A stretch of 64,000 bases of DNA from Cycas panzhihuaensis (lineage: Eukaryota; Plantae; Cycadophyta): positions 187,247,741 through 187,311,740 of the forward strand of contig CM041465.1 of NCBI GenBank assembly GCA_023213395.1. The letters run 5' to 3'. This document shows, piece by piece, positions 38,101 through 52,300 of this stretch; within the stretch, counting starts at the first letter, position 1, and each line of letters begins with the position of its first letter. The notes under the pieces are model-generated. The model was not told the origin of the DNA. It worked only from the letters and a program-made list of their open reading frames with translations, and made no database searches. Made by a program: the position numbers and the translations under genes.

Positions 38101-39476
38101 TAGTATAAGGGATTTAAACACTATCTAATAAACAACCTCTATTATTTTGTGAATGAGTGAAAGGCCTCCTAAGTTGTTAATCTAACCTTTGATATTTCAA
38201 GAAACCCAAACAAAAAAACTATATATAAAGAAAGAAGTAAGCACTATGTGTATAAATATCTTTTGGTACAAAAGACCTAACCTAATTTCATATTAAAAAA
38301 ATTGGTTGGATTGTTTGAAATCCTCAATATGGTTGCTAATTAATGTTGTTACTTAAACTACTCATTGTGTCTAGTTTGATGTGCCTTTAGGGATTTTTTG
38401 ATCTATATGTTTAGAAGGCTTAACACAAAGGGAGTAAAAAATTCTTAAGCAAAGAAAGACTTTACTTAGGTTTAATGATCCCTATGAATTAGTATGTAGA
38501 AGGTGGATCTAATGCATGCTTTTCCTTACTTGTCAATAGTACTTGGAGTTAGTGTCTTAATATGCCTAGGCTAAACTAGTAAGCAAAGATTCCTAATAAT
38601 ATATAGCTGGACTTAGTTTCTAGATTGCACTTGCTAACCCTTCACTCAATCCTTCATAAATATTATCATATAACATGTAATGTACAAGAATTCATATAGC
38701 CTTAATAATTTTAGATTAAAGTTTCCAAAATATACTAGAAAGCCTTAACTAATATTCAAATACTTAAAATGCAAGATCATCAAGAAAATAGTAAAAGAGT
38801 TCATAGCACTAGACAAGCCAAATTTATAGCTAAAATCTCAGTTCACATGCAAAATAATCAATCACAAGCCATTATACAATGTTCTTAAAGGAATGTGATG
38901 AAACAAAAGTAACCATGAGATGTTTATATTATACTAATTAAGATGTTTTAATATAATGATACTGTTTAGTGTAGATGCACAACCTAAAGTGAATCTTTGA
39001 TATAAAACTGACAAAAATTATAATCAATTAAGATCTTCAATAACAAATATGATTACTAACGACATATCAAGATCTATTAACTTACTTTTAGATGAGTTCT
39101 TTCATATCGAATTACCACTTCTTGATAATAAGCATATACATGTGCATAAATAATGAACTAAAGAAAAAAGTAGGGACTCCCAAAATCTCTTCCTCCTTCA
39201 CATATGAATCTCTCTAAAAAAAAGTCCTTCAAATGATCAATGTTCTCTATCTTTTAAAGGACACTCCTCTTACTTCCAGTAGTTGCTATAGGCATATCCA
39301 AACCTGGTGTAATAGTTAAAGATATTGATATCAATGTAGAATAGTTGAAAATCTCCTTTCCCTAGTGTAGTATTTAGAAATAATAAGTAGAAATCAAGGA
39401 AAATAGTTGGAAGTTTATATCATGATGCCAACTATATTATTTTTTATAGTACAACTAGTAATAAGATACGAATGAT

Positions 39477-40339
39477 TTAAGCATTCTCTCCTATGGAAAC
39501 TCTATCCTATTTGTAAGCAAAATTTGAGGAAGGTATATTACCTTTTACTCCCACTTTTGAATGCATCACTTGAATTAGAAAAGGACCTATCATCTCTATG
39601 GCTCCCTCTAGTTTACACACTTAATCCTCAATAAGGTTGAGCTTTTGGTCTTATTGCTTTAGTAGGTCCCTAATAGTGACTTGGTGAGTTCTCTAATTCC
39701 ATACCTTTATTGCCTATTTTTTTGTTTCATTGATATTATCAAAATTGATTTGTTATTTTAACTTATCAATCTCCTTAGTAGTTATCTTTAGAAATTCTTT
39801 TTTATTTATATTTTCTTATTGGTCTAGCATAGATGAATTTAAGTATGGAGCAACTATGAGCATTTTTTATGAGATACTACCTAAGTCCATCTCAAATTTT
39901 AAGGCATGATTTATCATCAATTGAATCTTCTCTATTCTAACATCTAAAATATACTATAACTTTTGAATAAAGTGTTTATATAGCTCTTTATCTTTATCTT
40001 CCTCTATAGTTACTTTGTCCTCAAATGGATAGGATTTTCCTCCTAGTCATAACTCTACAGAATAAGTTGCATGCACTTTAGCTGTAATAACTTTTAGCCT
40101 TTTTTTATCTTACCATATAATGAGAAGATTCTTTTAAAGAATTTTCATAAGTTAGATTTAATGAATTGATCTTCATGAATTATCTTATATATATATTTAC
40201 TAGTGGATTACAATGCTACTGTAGCCATAACTAAAATCTTGAGTATTTTATCCTCTTGTAATTTAATTCTCTCACCTAGCCTCTATTTAATAACTCCTTG
40301 CCACTTCCTTCTTAATCAATCTAATTTCTAATTGAGAAT
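39477..40339 (-). pseudogene. Degenerate coiled-coil-like ORF within the Tat terminal repeat
   Basis: One frame over most of ~290 codons. The internal stops checked can be reverted to Gln/Trp/Arg codons. Same frame and same terminal TAA in the second copy (12527-12529). Confidence 0.7.
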
Positions 40340-41322
40340 TATTGGTATATTAGGGTAAGTAGAAGAGAACAAATGATTCAAATGACTAGTGGTGTTAACA
40401 ACCATAGGGTCTTTGATTCTTATAATAATATAATTGAGACTACAAGGGTGCCTTACTATTAATCATTAGATGGAGCTAATAAGTACTAGAATGCGTTTCC
40501 ATATGCCACTAAAGCTAAAATAGTATTGACATGCTGCCATAGGGTGATTACTCTAAGATGGGCATTATCCCAACATTTCTCTCTAATAATGCCTATTTAG
40601 GGTGACTCCATGTTTGTCTCTAAACTTCTTGAATTTTTCCTTATTGAGTGTCTTTATGAATATATCTCCCACTTATTCCTTTGTGATGTAGTAAATCAAA
40701 TCTAACTCTCCTTATTATGCTAACTCCCTAATGAAGTGATGTTGTGTTTTGATGTGCTTGGTCCTATTATTAAACACCAGATTCCTAGTCATCTTAATGG
40801 TACTTTAATTATCACAAAACAATAGCATAGGGCTAACCTATTTTTCCTATAAATCTTGAAGTAACCTTCTAAGTTAAACTATTTCACAAGCTCTTGCTAT
40901 AATTGCCTTGTACTTTACTTCTACAATAGAAATAGATACTATTGATTATTTCTTTAAACACCATGTAATTATTATTATACCAAAAAAGAAAGCATATCTT
41001 AAAGTATACTTCCTATCATCTACAAAACCTGCATAGTCTATTTCTGTATAACCAATAAACCTATGATTACTTTATGACCTATAATGAAGTCCATATGTTA
41101 TAGTTTCATTAAGATACCTAAGAATTCTTTTAGCTGCTTTCTAATATTTTATCTTAAGCTCATGCATATATCTAAAAACTATATTAATTGCATACGTAAT
41201 ATATAGTTGACTTAAAGTCAAGTAAATAAGGCTCCTAATCAAATAATTATAGAAAGTAGGGTCAACTAATTTAGATTTCTTATACTTAGATAATTTCATC
41301 CTATTTCTCAAAATTTGGGAAG
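40340..41322 (-). mobile_element. Copia 3' end (3' LTR 40340-40575, PPT, RNase H and RT C-terminus)
   Basis: The LTR right end CCCAACA is followed by a pyrimidine tract (the PPT on the - strand). Motifs RTKHIKTQHHFIRE, DIFIK, AAKRILRYL and VDPTFY. Confidence 0.85.
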
Positions 41323-44300
41323 TGCACTTTCATCTCATTAACAAATAAGTAAAGCTATGTGCTTCTAGTCTTTTATTTTATTTTACATTAGCCTAGATCT
41401 TTTATCAGTATATGTGGATGTTTACTTATTATTTTGATCAATGGATGTGTGTATTTTTAGCTTGTGATGATTTTGACTATGGTTAGTGGCTACAAGAGTT
41501 TATACACATAAGCTTAATGAGTTAAAGAATGGTCTTTAAGTACCTATGTCAATACTTTTCACCTTTTGTTTCCCCTGTTTGTAGTGATTCCATGCTTGTC
41601 TTACTTTTTTGGGTGATTTTATTGATAAAACTATCATTTTTTGAGTATTTCCCCTATCCTACTATGATACATATCTATCTAGCCTTGATTTCAACCTATC
41701 TTGTGTTGAAAATTGTCCACTCAATTGTCTATTTTATCAATGGTAAATTTTGTGGTACCACAAAGTTTAACATGGTGCTATAAAAATACAAACTTTGTAG
41801 TATAATAATACAAGAACCAAAAAAGGAAAACATATATTTCAAAATATATTTAATGCTCCAAATAGTTTTTTTAATGGACAATCTCAAAAATCTAAGGGAA
41901 AGTTTCTCTTTCCTTCTAAGGCTTTAATTTTTAGTCTTTTTTCTTTTCTCGATGCACCAAATCTATGGGAAATTTACTCATGGTTTTGGGCCCTAGATTC
42001 ATGAAAACCATGGGTCCAAATACCACCTCCCCTCGGGAACTCATAATCTATAAGGATCCCCTCATTTTCCATGGGAAGGGGGAGTAAAAAAATGCATTGT
42101 TATGCTGCTGTTGATCTCCACCTTTAGACAAGAACATTAGAAGCAAACTTGTCATTAGAGACCTCCTAGATTCATGAGTTGCATGTCAAGAGCATCTCTC
42201 CTTGGACAAGAATTAAGGTAATGCTCCCTACACCATTTACATTTATTTATATTTTCCAATTGATGTTTTATTTTTAGTTATTAACTGATTTTCATGTTTG
42301 ATTTGCTTGGCTTCTTGTTAATTCTTTGTTTATTTTATTAAACCATCGCATTGGTGTTTAACAAAGGGGATAAAGGTTAAGTACCATTCATTGAGCTCTA
42401 AATTAGTGGCAATCCTGTTAATTCCATGGATCCTTTCACTAAGACTTATTATTTATTACACATGTTATTCTTAATTTAAGTTAAAGTTTTTTTTTTATGT
42501 TGTTGAATTCTATTGATATTATATTATGGACTAATCTATAGGTACAAGAATTCTTAACCCATTTCATATAGGCCGAGGAAGTAGGTAGCTGATTGGAAAC
42601 TCTTCCTTTCTCGCTTTTCCTCTTACTAAATAAAAAATATATATTATACACTAGATATATTCCTAATTTTTGTTAGAAAATACTAAAAGATATGCATTAG
42701 AAAGTTTGTTTTGAAGTTGTTTTCTAGCATTTTGAGTTTGATATAAAACATTTTTTCTATTAAAGGCCCATATGGCAAGTAGAGATACTACTAGATTTTC
42801 TTAGGAAATTTATCATTTTATGCATATCCTTTTAATGTGGTTCTTATTGGTAGATTAGAGTATTATAAGATCTTGCATTGGTAAGGTTTTGAGATAAATA
42901 TTTAGCACTTGTTTCTAGGTATTCTTTTTAGAACCTCCCCTTTGTACATTTCTTTCCTTTAAAATAAAAAAGCTCAAAATTGGTCTTTTATTTTATAGTT
43001 TTATTTAAAAGAAAAAGGTAAGAAAGTGTAGTTTATTGGTATGATTTTCATTGCTGTTTGCCTCTCCTTTTTCCTTGCATGTAGGTTCATTTTCATTTAT
43101 AAGTAAAAAATATTTAAAGAGAAAAACAAAAAGAAAAAGTTAAAGAACATATTATTTCTTTGCATTTCATTGCATGCAACCTCACTTGTTTATTTATAAT
43201 TAAGTAAAGGACCATACTGGAGTAGAGATTTACACTTGTTGTAAGTTCCTAAATCCATGGAGCTAAAAGGATTTTATAGGATTAATTTTATTTGTTGTTT
43301 TCATTAAAGCAAAAAAGCATATAACTCCATTGTAGTTTTTCTTTTGCTATTTACTCTCCTTAGTCTTTTCTAGGCGGGTCCTTCTTATACAAAAAAGTAG
43401 AATTGTTACATTTCTACCTATATTTCATTATTAGATGAAAGAGATAATCTTGTGTATTTATGTGGTGTTAAGTCTTCCATATTCATATTCTAAATGATTT
43501 AGTGAGAGGTGTCTATCCTCATTTTGTGCTTACATATAAAGGGTGGATGGATGAATGAGCTTCATTTATCTCATTGAGAGTGGTATCCTTCTCTTCCTCA
43601 CCTCTTAGAATATGAGGTTCATTGGAATTAGATGAGGGAATTATTGGGCCACCTTACATTCATTTAAGATGGGTTATTAGTATTGATGAGTCCCCACTAA
43701 TTTATCCATAAGCAAATCTATCCTATGGTCTTGATTCCTTTATAACTTTTACTTTAGTTAGTCCTTTCTCTACTTCTTATAGATTAAGTCCATCATATAA
43801 GTTAATTTTAGGAGTTGGGTTAAGATAGGTCAATATACTTTTAGGAGGAAGTAGTTGAGTAGGGTAAGCATATAAAAGCAATTTTATTCTACGCACATAT
43901 GATCCATTGACACCCTCACAATTGTTGTTTATTCATTTTTAAGACACTTGATAAAGAAATAGAATGATATTATCTCAAAGCTATAAGCTAGTTGACATTT
44001 TCCTCTGATTATTTACATGCATCGCTTTTTCATCTACTTGCTTACATCATGTTTATCTTGATTAGATAGATTTATTTATATGTTCTTTTCGAGTTATTTC
44101 CCTTTTCTACTTTTGGCATATAGCACACACCTACATGTTGCTCCTTGAAACTTAGAAAATAATAGCCTCTCATTCTTACACCCATGTTAATATGATGTAA
44201 GAATGCCTCATAAGAGGCATATATTCACATCCTTCTTAACTTAGATCCCTTTAGCCCTTTGGTTTTGTTGTCAAATTGTGTTTTTCTTCCACCCTCCTAT

Positions 44301-46325
44301 GAATCATGATTCATTAGTAACCATACTAGGGACTTATGAGTAAGGTTTATTACATTATATTAATCTCTTCTTTATTTTATTTTAGCCCTTTTCTTTTAGG
44401 ACTAGACTCTTCTAGTTTATGGTTTATCTATGAGTATCATTCATCTCTTTCCTACTCCTTCAAAGCGTGAGTGTATATTTTAAAGATCCACTCTTTATTT
44501 TTATGTTTACTTCTTCTATGCAATATTTTTCTCATCATCTTAGGAATTTATCTCCTTTTAATTATAAATCAATGAACATATCTACTTTATTTCTTATCAA
44601 GCAGTGTTCAATGGTAGTCCAATACCCTTTTAACTGGTCTATAACCTCTTATTAATCTCAAGAAACTTATTAATCAAAGGAGTAGTAAAACACTCAGGGC
44701 CCACACTAGACATATAACCAAGATTAGATCCAAGGGTTTGATCTTTATGGGCAAGAAATACCTTCCCAAGATGGAGTGGCTTCCACCTGTTCTTATTAGC
44801 AAGACATAGTATATTAAAATCTAGCATTTTATTGGGTTTCTTAACCCTATGATTATTCACTTGATCTGGGGTCCTCAACTAAAGCTTTTTATTTAAACTA
44901 CACTCACTCAAGGGAGGAAGTCTTTGACTTATCCCATACCCCTAAAGGTTCATGGGATATGGTGGTATCCTTAAGTTCTCACTATGAATAAGTAGATTTA
45001 GAATCAACTCTTGATTGGGCCTATTGTATCTTTAGAATAAGTTCTACCTAAACCTAACCATTTCCTTAAACTTACTAACAAGTAGTTTCTTAAGAAGAGG
45101 TTATTTACCAACTACTTTTATTATCATTACTGTTACTTACCAAGGCTCCATCAACAATAAACCTATTCGTTCATCTTACTTTAGTGGTAGGTTCTTTACT
45201 TACCTAACTATCTCTCTAATCTATTCCACTTGTCACTCTTATGAGTGGCCTTCACACTTCTATCTTGTAGCCATTGGCTTCATGGTCCAACGCTTTAATT
45301 CAACTCATTCCACCTCATGTCATAATCCATTCTTTATATAGACCAACAAGGCCTTGGGGGATGATTTGTCCTTATTTACACCCTATTCAGCCAATTAGAC
45401 CAACTCCATAACCTACACAACCAACTTATCTATCACTTAGGTATATCACATCATAGTGGGGATAAGGTGGGCCTCTTTGCCAACCTACTTTTGGTATTAA
45501 TCCCTTCCATCCATATGGGGTTTCCCTTATAATTGGAGGCCCATATGGGTAAAATATGATTCCTTACTTATCCTCATTTCTTATGCAACCATACTAAGAT
45601 ACATCTATTATAGGTCTAACATATTTATTAACTTATTAAGTTCTTGGGCCCTAATTAGCTCTAGTTTATTAAGTTTCATGTAGACCCATACATTATACAT
45701 CTAATCCTTAGGCTCAAGTAGCAACTTCATATCAAGTTAGGGGTATCCCTTAGTTAGTTCAACCATACCAAACCTACCAATAGGGGTAAACCCCCTCAGT
45801 ATAATTCTAACCCAATAAACATATGGGCCTCAACCTACCCTTCAACTTATTAATTTGTTAGCTTAACCTAGGATACGTCCCTTTATTAACTATCAAACTA
45901 TCCCCCTTTCTTTGGAGGTGCTTCAAACCACTTACCACCCCACCCACTAAAGGTGCCAAAGTTTAAAGGCACTTCATCTTAAGGCCTTTGGGGTTTTATT
46001 AAAGCCTTTATCATGGTATGTATCAATTATTGGATATATGACTAGATTTTAATAAAATTATTCCATAGGTCCCTCTAGGGCAATGCCCTAAAGTGGTTTT
46101 ATTACCTATTTACTTATTCTCCATCATTTTCATGATTTATTACACTCTTTAAAGTCCATAGTACTAGAAGATCTAAAGAGGGATATCTTTGTGAATACCC
46201 TTCATCTTGAGGTCCATGCAGAAGTGCTCAAAATATGAATAATTACATGAAATTATGTAATTATAAAATACCTTACCTTAGAATCCATTGAGATCTAAGT
46301 AGGTTTAAAGAAGATCAATAAGATT

Positions 46326-49300
46326 TGTTGGAGCAAGGGTAGAGCAGAACAGAGATTATAAGGAAAACATTACGAAATAATAATCAAATAACATTAACAT
46401 AACTTCTAAAATAAAGTAGTATTGAGAAACACCTTTGGGCTATGAGGCCTATTTAAATAGTTGAGACATTGGGCATGCCCAACATTTATCGACATTTAGT
46501 GTTAAAGATCACCATTAAGAGAGTAGGTAAGTGGGTTAGCTAAGGTGGCCAGAGTTAGCTTCATGCCACCTAATGCCATTACATCCTTCTAATAAAAAAT
46601 ACACTATTATTCTCCCCCATAATATTCATTAGGGATGAGTCTAAGTTTGTCTTTGAATTTGTGAAACTTGATTCTTCTAAAAGCCTTAGTGAAGATATCT
46701 ACCACCTATTCATCTATGCTACAGTAAACCAATTTAATCTTGTCAAATTATACTAGTTCCCTAATAAAATGATATTGTGTTTCAATATACTTTGTTTTTC
46801 CATGAAACACTATATTTTATATCATTTAAATTATACTTTGATTGTCACACATCATATGTGTAGGTCCATCCTATTTTATTTATAAGTCTTGGAGTAACTG
46901 ACATAGTCTAATTGTTTTACATGCTCCTGCTACTGTTGCTTTATATTATGCTTCTGCAGTAGATAAGGATATCATGTTTTATTTATTAGTACTCTAAGTA
47001 ATTGATGTTGATCCCATGCATAACCAAATGTAGATTTCTTATTATCAACATAACCTGCCAAGTCTAAATCTATGCAGCCAATCAACTTGAAATCTTTCAA
47101 GGACTTGTAATATAACCTATAACTAATTGTGCCGTTTAGGTATCGAAGAATCCTCTTTGCCACTTTCTAGTGTGATGTTTTAGGTTCTTATATAAACCTA
47201 GATACCATATTTATTAAATGTAAAATATCAAGTTGAGTTTATGTTAGGTAGATTAAACTACCAATCGACTATTTATAGAGTGTAGGATCAACTAATAGTA
47301 ATTTTATCTTACCATACTTCTAAACCTATGAAGTAATGCATGAGACCCAAATCAGTCATCTCAAGTTCTTTGCACATGTCATCTTTGAACTTTTGTGGTA
47401 ATTAAGAGTCATTTCCTATGTAAACTACGTCATCAATATATAGTCCCACAATAAGTATTTAGTTTCCTTCAATCTTTATATATATGTTAGAGTTTGATTA
47501 AATTCTTTTGAATCCTTTATCTCTAAAATATTTATTTATCCTAGAGTACTAAGCTTTAGGTGCTTATTTTAACCTATATAGGGCTTTCTTAAGTTTATAT
47601 ACCCTGTTTTCATCCCCATTGACTTCAAAGACTTTGGGTTATTAGACATAGATCTCCTTTTCAATGTATCTATTTAGGAAGTGTTGAGAAAACTAGGTCT
47701 CGATAACCAGAAACTACCACTAAGATCTAAATTATTTTGCATCTAGTTACAATAATTAAAACTAAAATTTAACATGCAAGTTCTTAAACTAGAGATAATA
47801 TAATAAATAAATCACAAAGCCAAAGCATCACATATACACCAAATATAACATAGGAAAACCTTAGTAGTATGCGAGGGAAACATTCATACAAGAAAGGTAT
47901 CAATATTTATTATCCAAGAATGGAGAAATATATATAATCTACAACATAATGCTCACAACAATAATAACCAGCCACCTCTTCTCAATATAGTATATCCAAT
48001 ACATCAAATACCATTAACATAATGAAAAAACACTCTAAATTGGGCTATATGAGAGAGTCATATAAGGCATAAATCTTGATCATTAAATCTAGGGTGTTTT
48101 AAATAAACAACCCCCTTGGATCCCCCCACAAAAGTTTTGGGGGGGGAACTACACTATTAACTTGTCAAAAATTTTGCCTCCAAAACACTATTGTCACATT
48201 ATCTAATAGAAAGGTACTTTTGACATCTATTTGTTAGACTATCCATTCTTTTTGTGTAACAAGACTCAACATAAGACATATTGTTTCTATTCAAGCTACA
48301 AGAGTAAATGTTTTATTGTAGTTGATTTCTTTGATTTGAGCATATCCTTTGGCTATTAGCCTTACTTTATACTTGTTAATAGAGCCATCATACTTGAATT
48401 TTATTTTGTAAACCAATTTGGTGCCAATTGCTAATTTGTTTAGAGGGAGATCAACTAGTTCTATGTGTCATCCCTGACCAAAGAATTATACTCCTCTTGC
48501 ATTGTATTCTACCATTCTTGTTTTATATTAGCCTCTTTAAAGGTACAAGGCTCATGTGATTCCATGACTTAGCTTATTAGGGAAAAGTTAAACCTATTAG
48601 AACACATAGATCTCCTTTCAAAATTATTATCAAGCATATTCACTAGGTCATGTTATCTTTAGACCCACTTTAGAATATTTTGATTAGATGTAGAGGGCCC
48701 AACTTCATTCGGACTATATTCATGTAGTGTGGGAACACTTAAAGGTACACTTGCCAATGTAGGATGTGAATCAAACTCTGCTATGATATTCTTCCCTTTG
48801 TATTTTTCAACTTATGCTTTATAATAATCATCCTCTTTGAAGATAACATCTCTACTCATGATTATCTTCTTTTCTTTGGGGTCAAATAATTTATAGGATC
48901 TAGTTGAATTACAATATCTTATAAATATGTATTTGGTACATTTGTCGTCTAGTTTCATTCTCTTTTACTCTAGTATATAAGCAAATACTAGACAACCAAA
49001 GATTTTCAAGTGGTAAATACTTGGCTTGTGTCCTTTCTAAGCCTCTTTTGGTGTAACCCACCTAAGGGCGTTAGTGATACACCTATTTAGTAGATAAAAA
49101 GTTGTGTATAGCATATGCCTAAAATTCATACCCAAGTTGCTTATCCTTGAGCATGTACCTTGCCATCTTAATAATAGTCTTATTCTTTATTTCTACTACT
49201 CTATTATATTGTGGAGTATACGGATTAGTGTATTATCTTCTTAAACAATTATGGATACAAAAATCTTTGAATTCATTTGAGGTGAATTCTCCCCCATTGT

Positions 49301-52300
49301 CTAATCTAAGGGAGAGGATCTTATATCCACTTTATTTTTCCATAAAGGATTTGAAGTTAATAGAACATTAATAGGCATCTAATTTAAACTTTAGAAAATA
49401 TACCTAAGTTTTTTTGGTAAAGTCATCAATAAATGTCATGAAATATTTAGATCCTCCAAGTGAGGGTACATCCATGGGACCACATATCTATGTAGATTAA
49501 TTAGAGGGAACCTTGTGCTCTATAGTTATTATCTAAAAATCTCTTTCTATGTTACTTTCCAAGTAGATACCCTTCATATATTTCTTTATATGGAGTATGC
49601 CATCAATGTACCTAGTTTGTTCTAATTCCATGGTTATGGTAATGTTACCCTAGCCAATTGACTCATGTGTAGTGTTGTCCCTAAACATGATCTTCCTCCT
49701 TTTAGTTCTATCAATAATTTTGAAGATTTCTTCCTTATGCACCATATAAGTTGAGCATCCTGAATCTATATACTAGCTATCCTCTTCTTCATTGGATACA
49801 AGACTCAATAGGAAAAGTCTATCATTTTCTTTACTTTCAGTTATGGTATCTATACTTCCTCTTTGTTAACTTACATTTTTGGCAAAGCAATGATCCTCCA
49901 TATGTCTAATTTTATAGAAATACGAGCATTAGATTAGTCCTCTATTTCTTTGACTATGGATTTTACTTCTAGAGGATCCTCTTCCTTTAATGGTTGATCT
50001 ACCTCTTTCAAAGAATGAGGTTTGATTTTTCCCTTGAAAACCCATATGATTTTGTTCTTAAAAGCACTGACTTGGTCTTGATAACTCTCTTGTTCTTGAC
50101 AATGATTGTATCCATGACAATAATGATTTTATTTTTGTATTCTACCTTGATTGTGCAAGTTATTCTTCTCTTAGTACCTCTAATTTGTTAGTTGGTATAT
50201 TTAATGAGGTTCTTGATATTGTTACTTTAATTTTTGAAATCTAGTATTTGATTTTTGATATGTCCTTTAATTCCTAAGATTTAATTCTTGATATATCCAT
50301 TGGTTCCTTTCTTCTCTTCTAGGGGATGGATCCCTCCCCCTGGAACTTTATCCTTAGTTACTTTGCTTAATCATTATCTTTGTGGCAAATGCGTGTTCTA
50401 AGGTTTTATGTTCACCTTTCTTCTCTTCTATGACAAGGAGCATTGTATTCAATTGCTCAATCTTGAGGGTAATTAGATCCTTTAAAACTTTAATGCTTAT
50501 ATATCCCATTTCAAATCTTTTAACTTCTCTAATATATCTCAATATTCTTTCTACAACCCTTTGTTCAATTAATACTTCTTTAAGAGATCTTATCTAGTTA
50601 ACTAGGTTTTAGACCTTGGTAATGAATTTATTGACACGTTCTCTTGGTGACATCTTCAAGTTCTCAAAACTACTTCTAAGGGATTGAATCTTAATTGATG
50701 CAACTCCTTCATAAATTAGCTTTATATTGTCCCAAGCTTCTTTTAATATAGTGGCTTTGCTCACTTTAGGAAATATATGGTCTTCTAGAGCACAGAAAAT
50801 AAGAGCTAAGGCTTCATTGTCCTTTTTAACATATTCCCTATAATCTAGTTTCTCATCTAAAGTAGCATTCTATCTAAGGTCATCAAATCTTTCTTCAACA
50901 AATTCCCACAGGAGATTGGTTTTATCCTCTTACTTTAATTAAGAAAGTTGGTTCCATAAAATTTGGGTATGATCATGTTCCCAAAAGTTATTACCATTGT
51001 AACTCAACTATCTTTAGTGTACCTTAAAAAATTTAAATGTATTTGTGTCCTATCTATGTAGGGGGTTTCTAATCTAGAGTTTTATATCTTAGAATCTCTA
51101 AGAAAATCTCCTGGTTACTATCATGTCTAATGGCACCTACTTATGAGTGGAAAATTAGGGACCCAATATATCGATACATGAGATCAAGGCTCAATATATC
51201 TTAGTATGTAGGCTATAAAGAAGGTTAAAGATCCCTTTGATTTATTGGTCTATCTATGCCATTCTTATGCCTAGTAATAGATCTAGTATTAAGAGCTTGA
51301 TAAACCAAGGCACTCACCCCCTACGGGTTTAACTTGGTCTCTAAACTCTAAAAGGAAAAAGGTTCTCCACCTCATCCCGTCACCTAATACACCTAACAAC
51401 TAATGGTTTTCTCAATAAATTAAAGTACACTAAAGGCATGTGTGGGGTGGTGACTTCAAGGGTCCTAACCATTCCCCTTGTAAGGCTAGAAAATAGGGTG
51501 GTTAATTCAAGAGTTATCTTGTTAATATGTAAAAATTTATATTAATTATGGTCTTCTTTACAAATAAGGTTCCTTTTACTAACAAATTGAAAAAGATTGT
51601 TAAGTAAATGAAATGAAATTAAATAATACTAAATGAAATAATTTAAAGTGGTAAAAGGGTTTAGAGAGCTCTTATTTGTAAAAGGTTGACCCAAGATTAT
51701 TTGCTTCACTTTTAAGAGCAAACCTATACAAAATCAACCACAAAACATTTGTAAGTTAAAATAATAAACTAAAATCTACTAATGATTATTAGTACAATGA
51801 TGTAGCATTAATATCCTTGAAGAAACTTTGAAAAATAACTTTAAAATAATGGAAAAATACTAAAGTAAGGTTTAATCATGTAGGTTAATTTAAGTAGCTT
51901 AAAAGTCCTATAAAACAACTTTGAATTAGTTTCAAATTGATTCTAAATTAAAGAGTTTTGAGTCAGATTTCCAATGGTTTAAACCATTCAAAAAATAGAC
52001 TCTTGGATTAAAAGTTATTGTAAAAAGTGTGAGGAAACATCTTTACAATTGAAAATTAAAGGAGGAGAATCTTGAGCCCATTTAACAAGTTAGTCCTTCA
52101 TCACCAGATTATTGCATGTGACCTCCTGCTAGTGGAAAGAGGGCTATAGCCCTAAAAAAATATCAAATTTAACTAATTTACATAAAAACCAAAATTATAA
52201 AATGGACTTTAATCTAATTTCAAATCTACCCCTTTTATAAAGAATAAGGTCATGTGGGTAAAAATATGATTGCTTGTTAATGGGTGAAGGGGGTTAAACT

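Larger units (their letters stand above)
29620..40339 (-). mobile_element. Ty3/Gypsy Tat element with PR-aRH-RT-RH-INT order (TatII-like), extra 3' ORF and a 5' terminal repeat at 38344 to at least 40339
   Basis: Decayed PBS at 38321-38338. Gag PKFFGNN at ~37840, PR IIDIGATHN at ~36570, aRH 36085-35700, RT DIFAW...YLDD 35250-34560, RH ~34330-33950, INT AMDYFTRWV...DNG 33720-32650. Confidence 0.9.
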
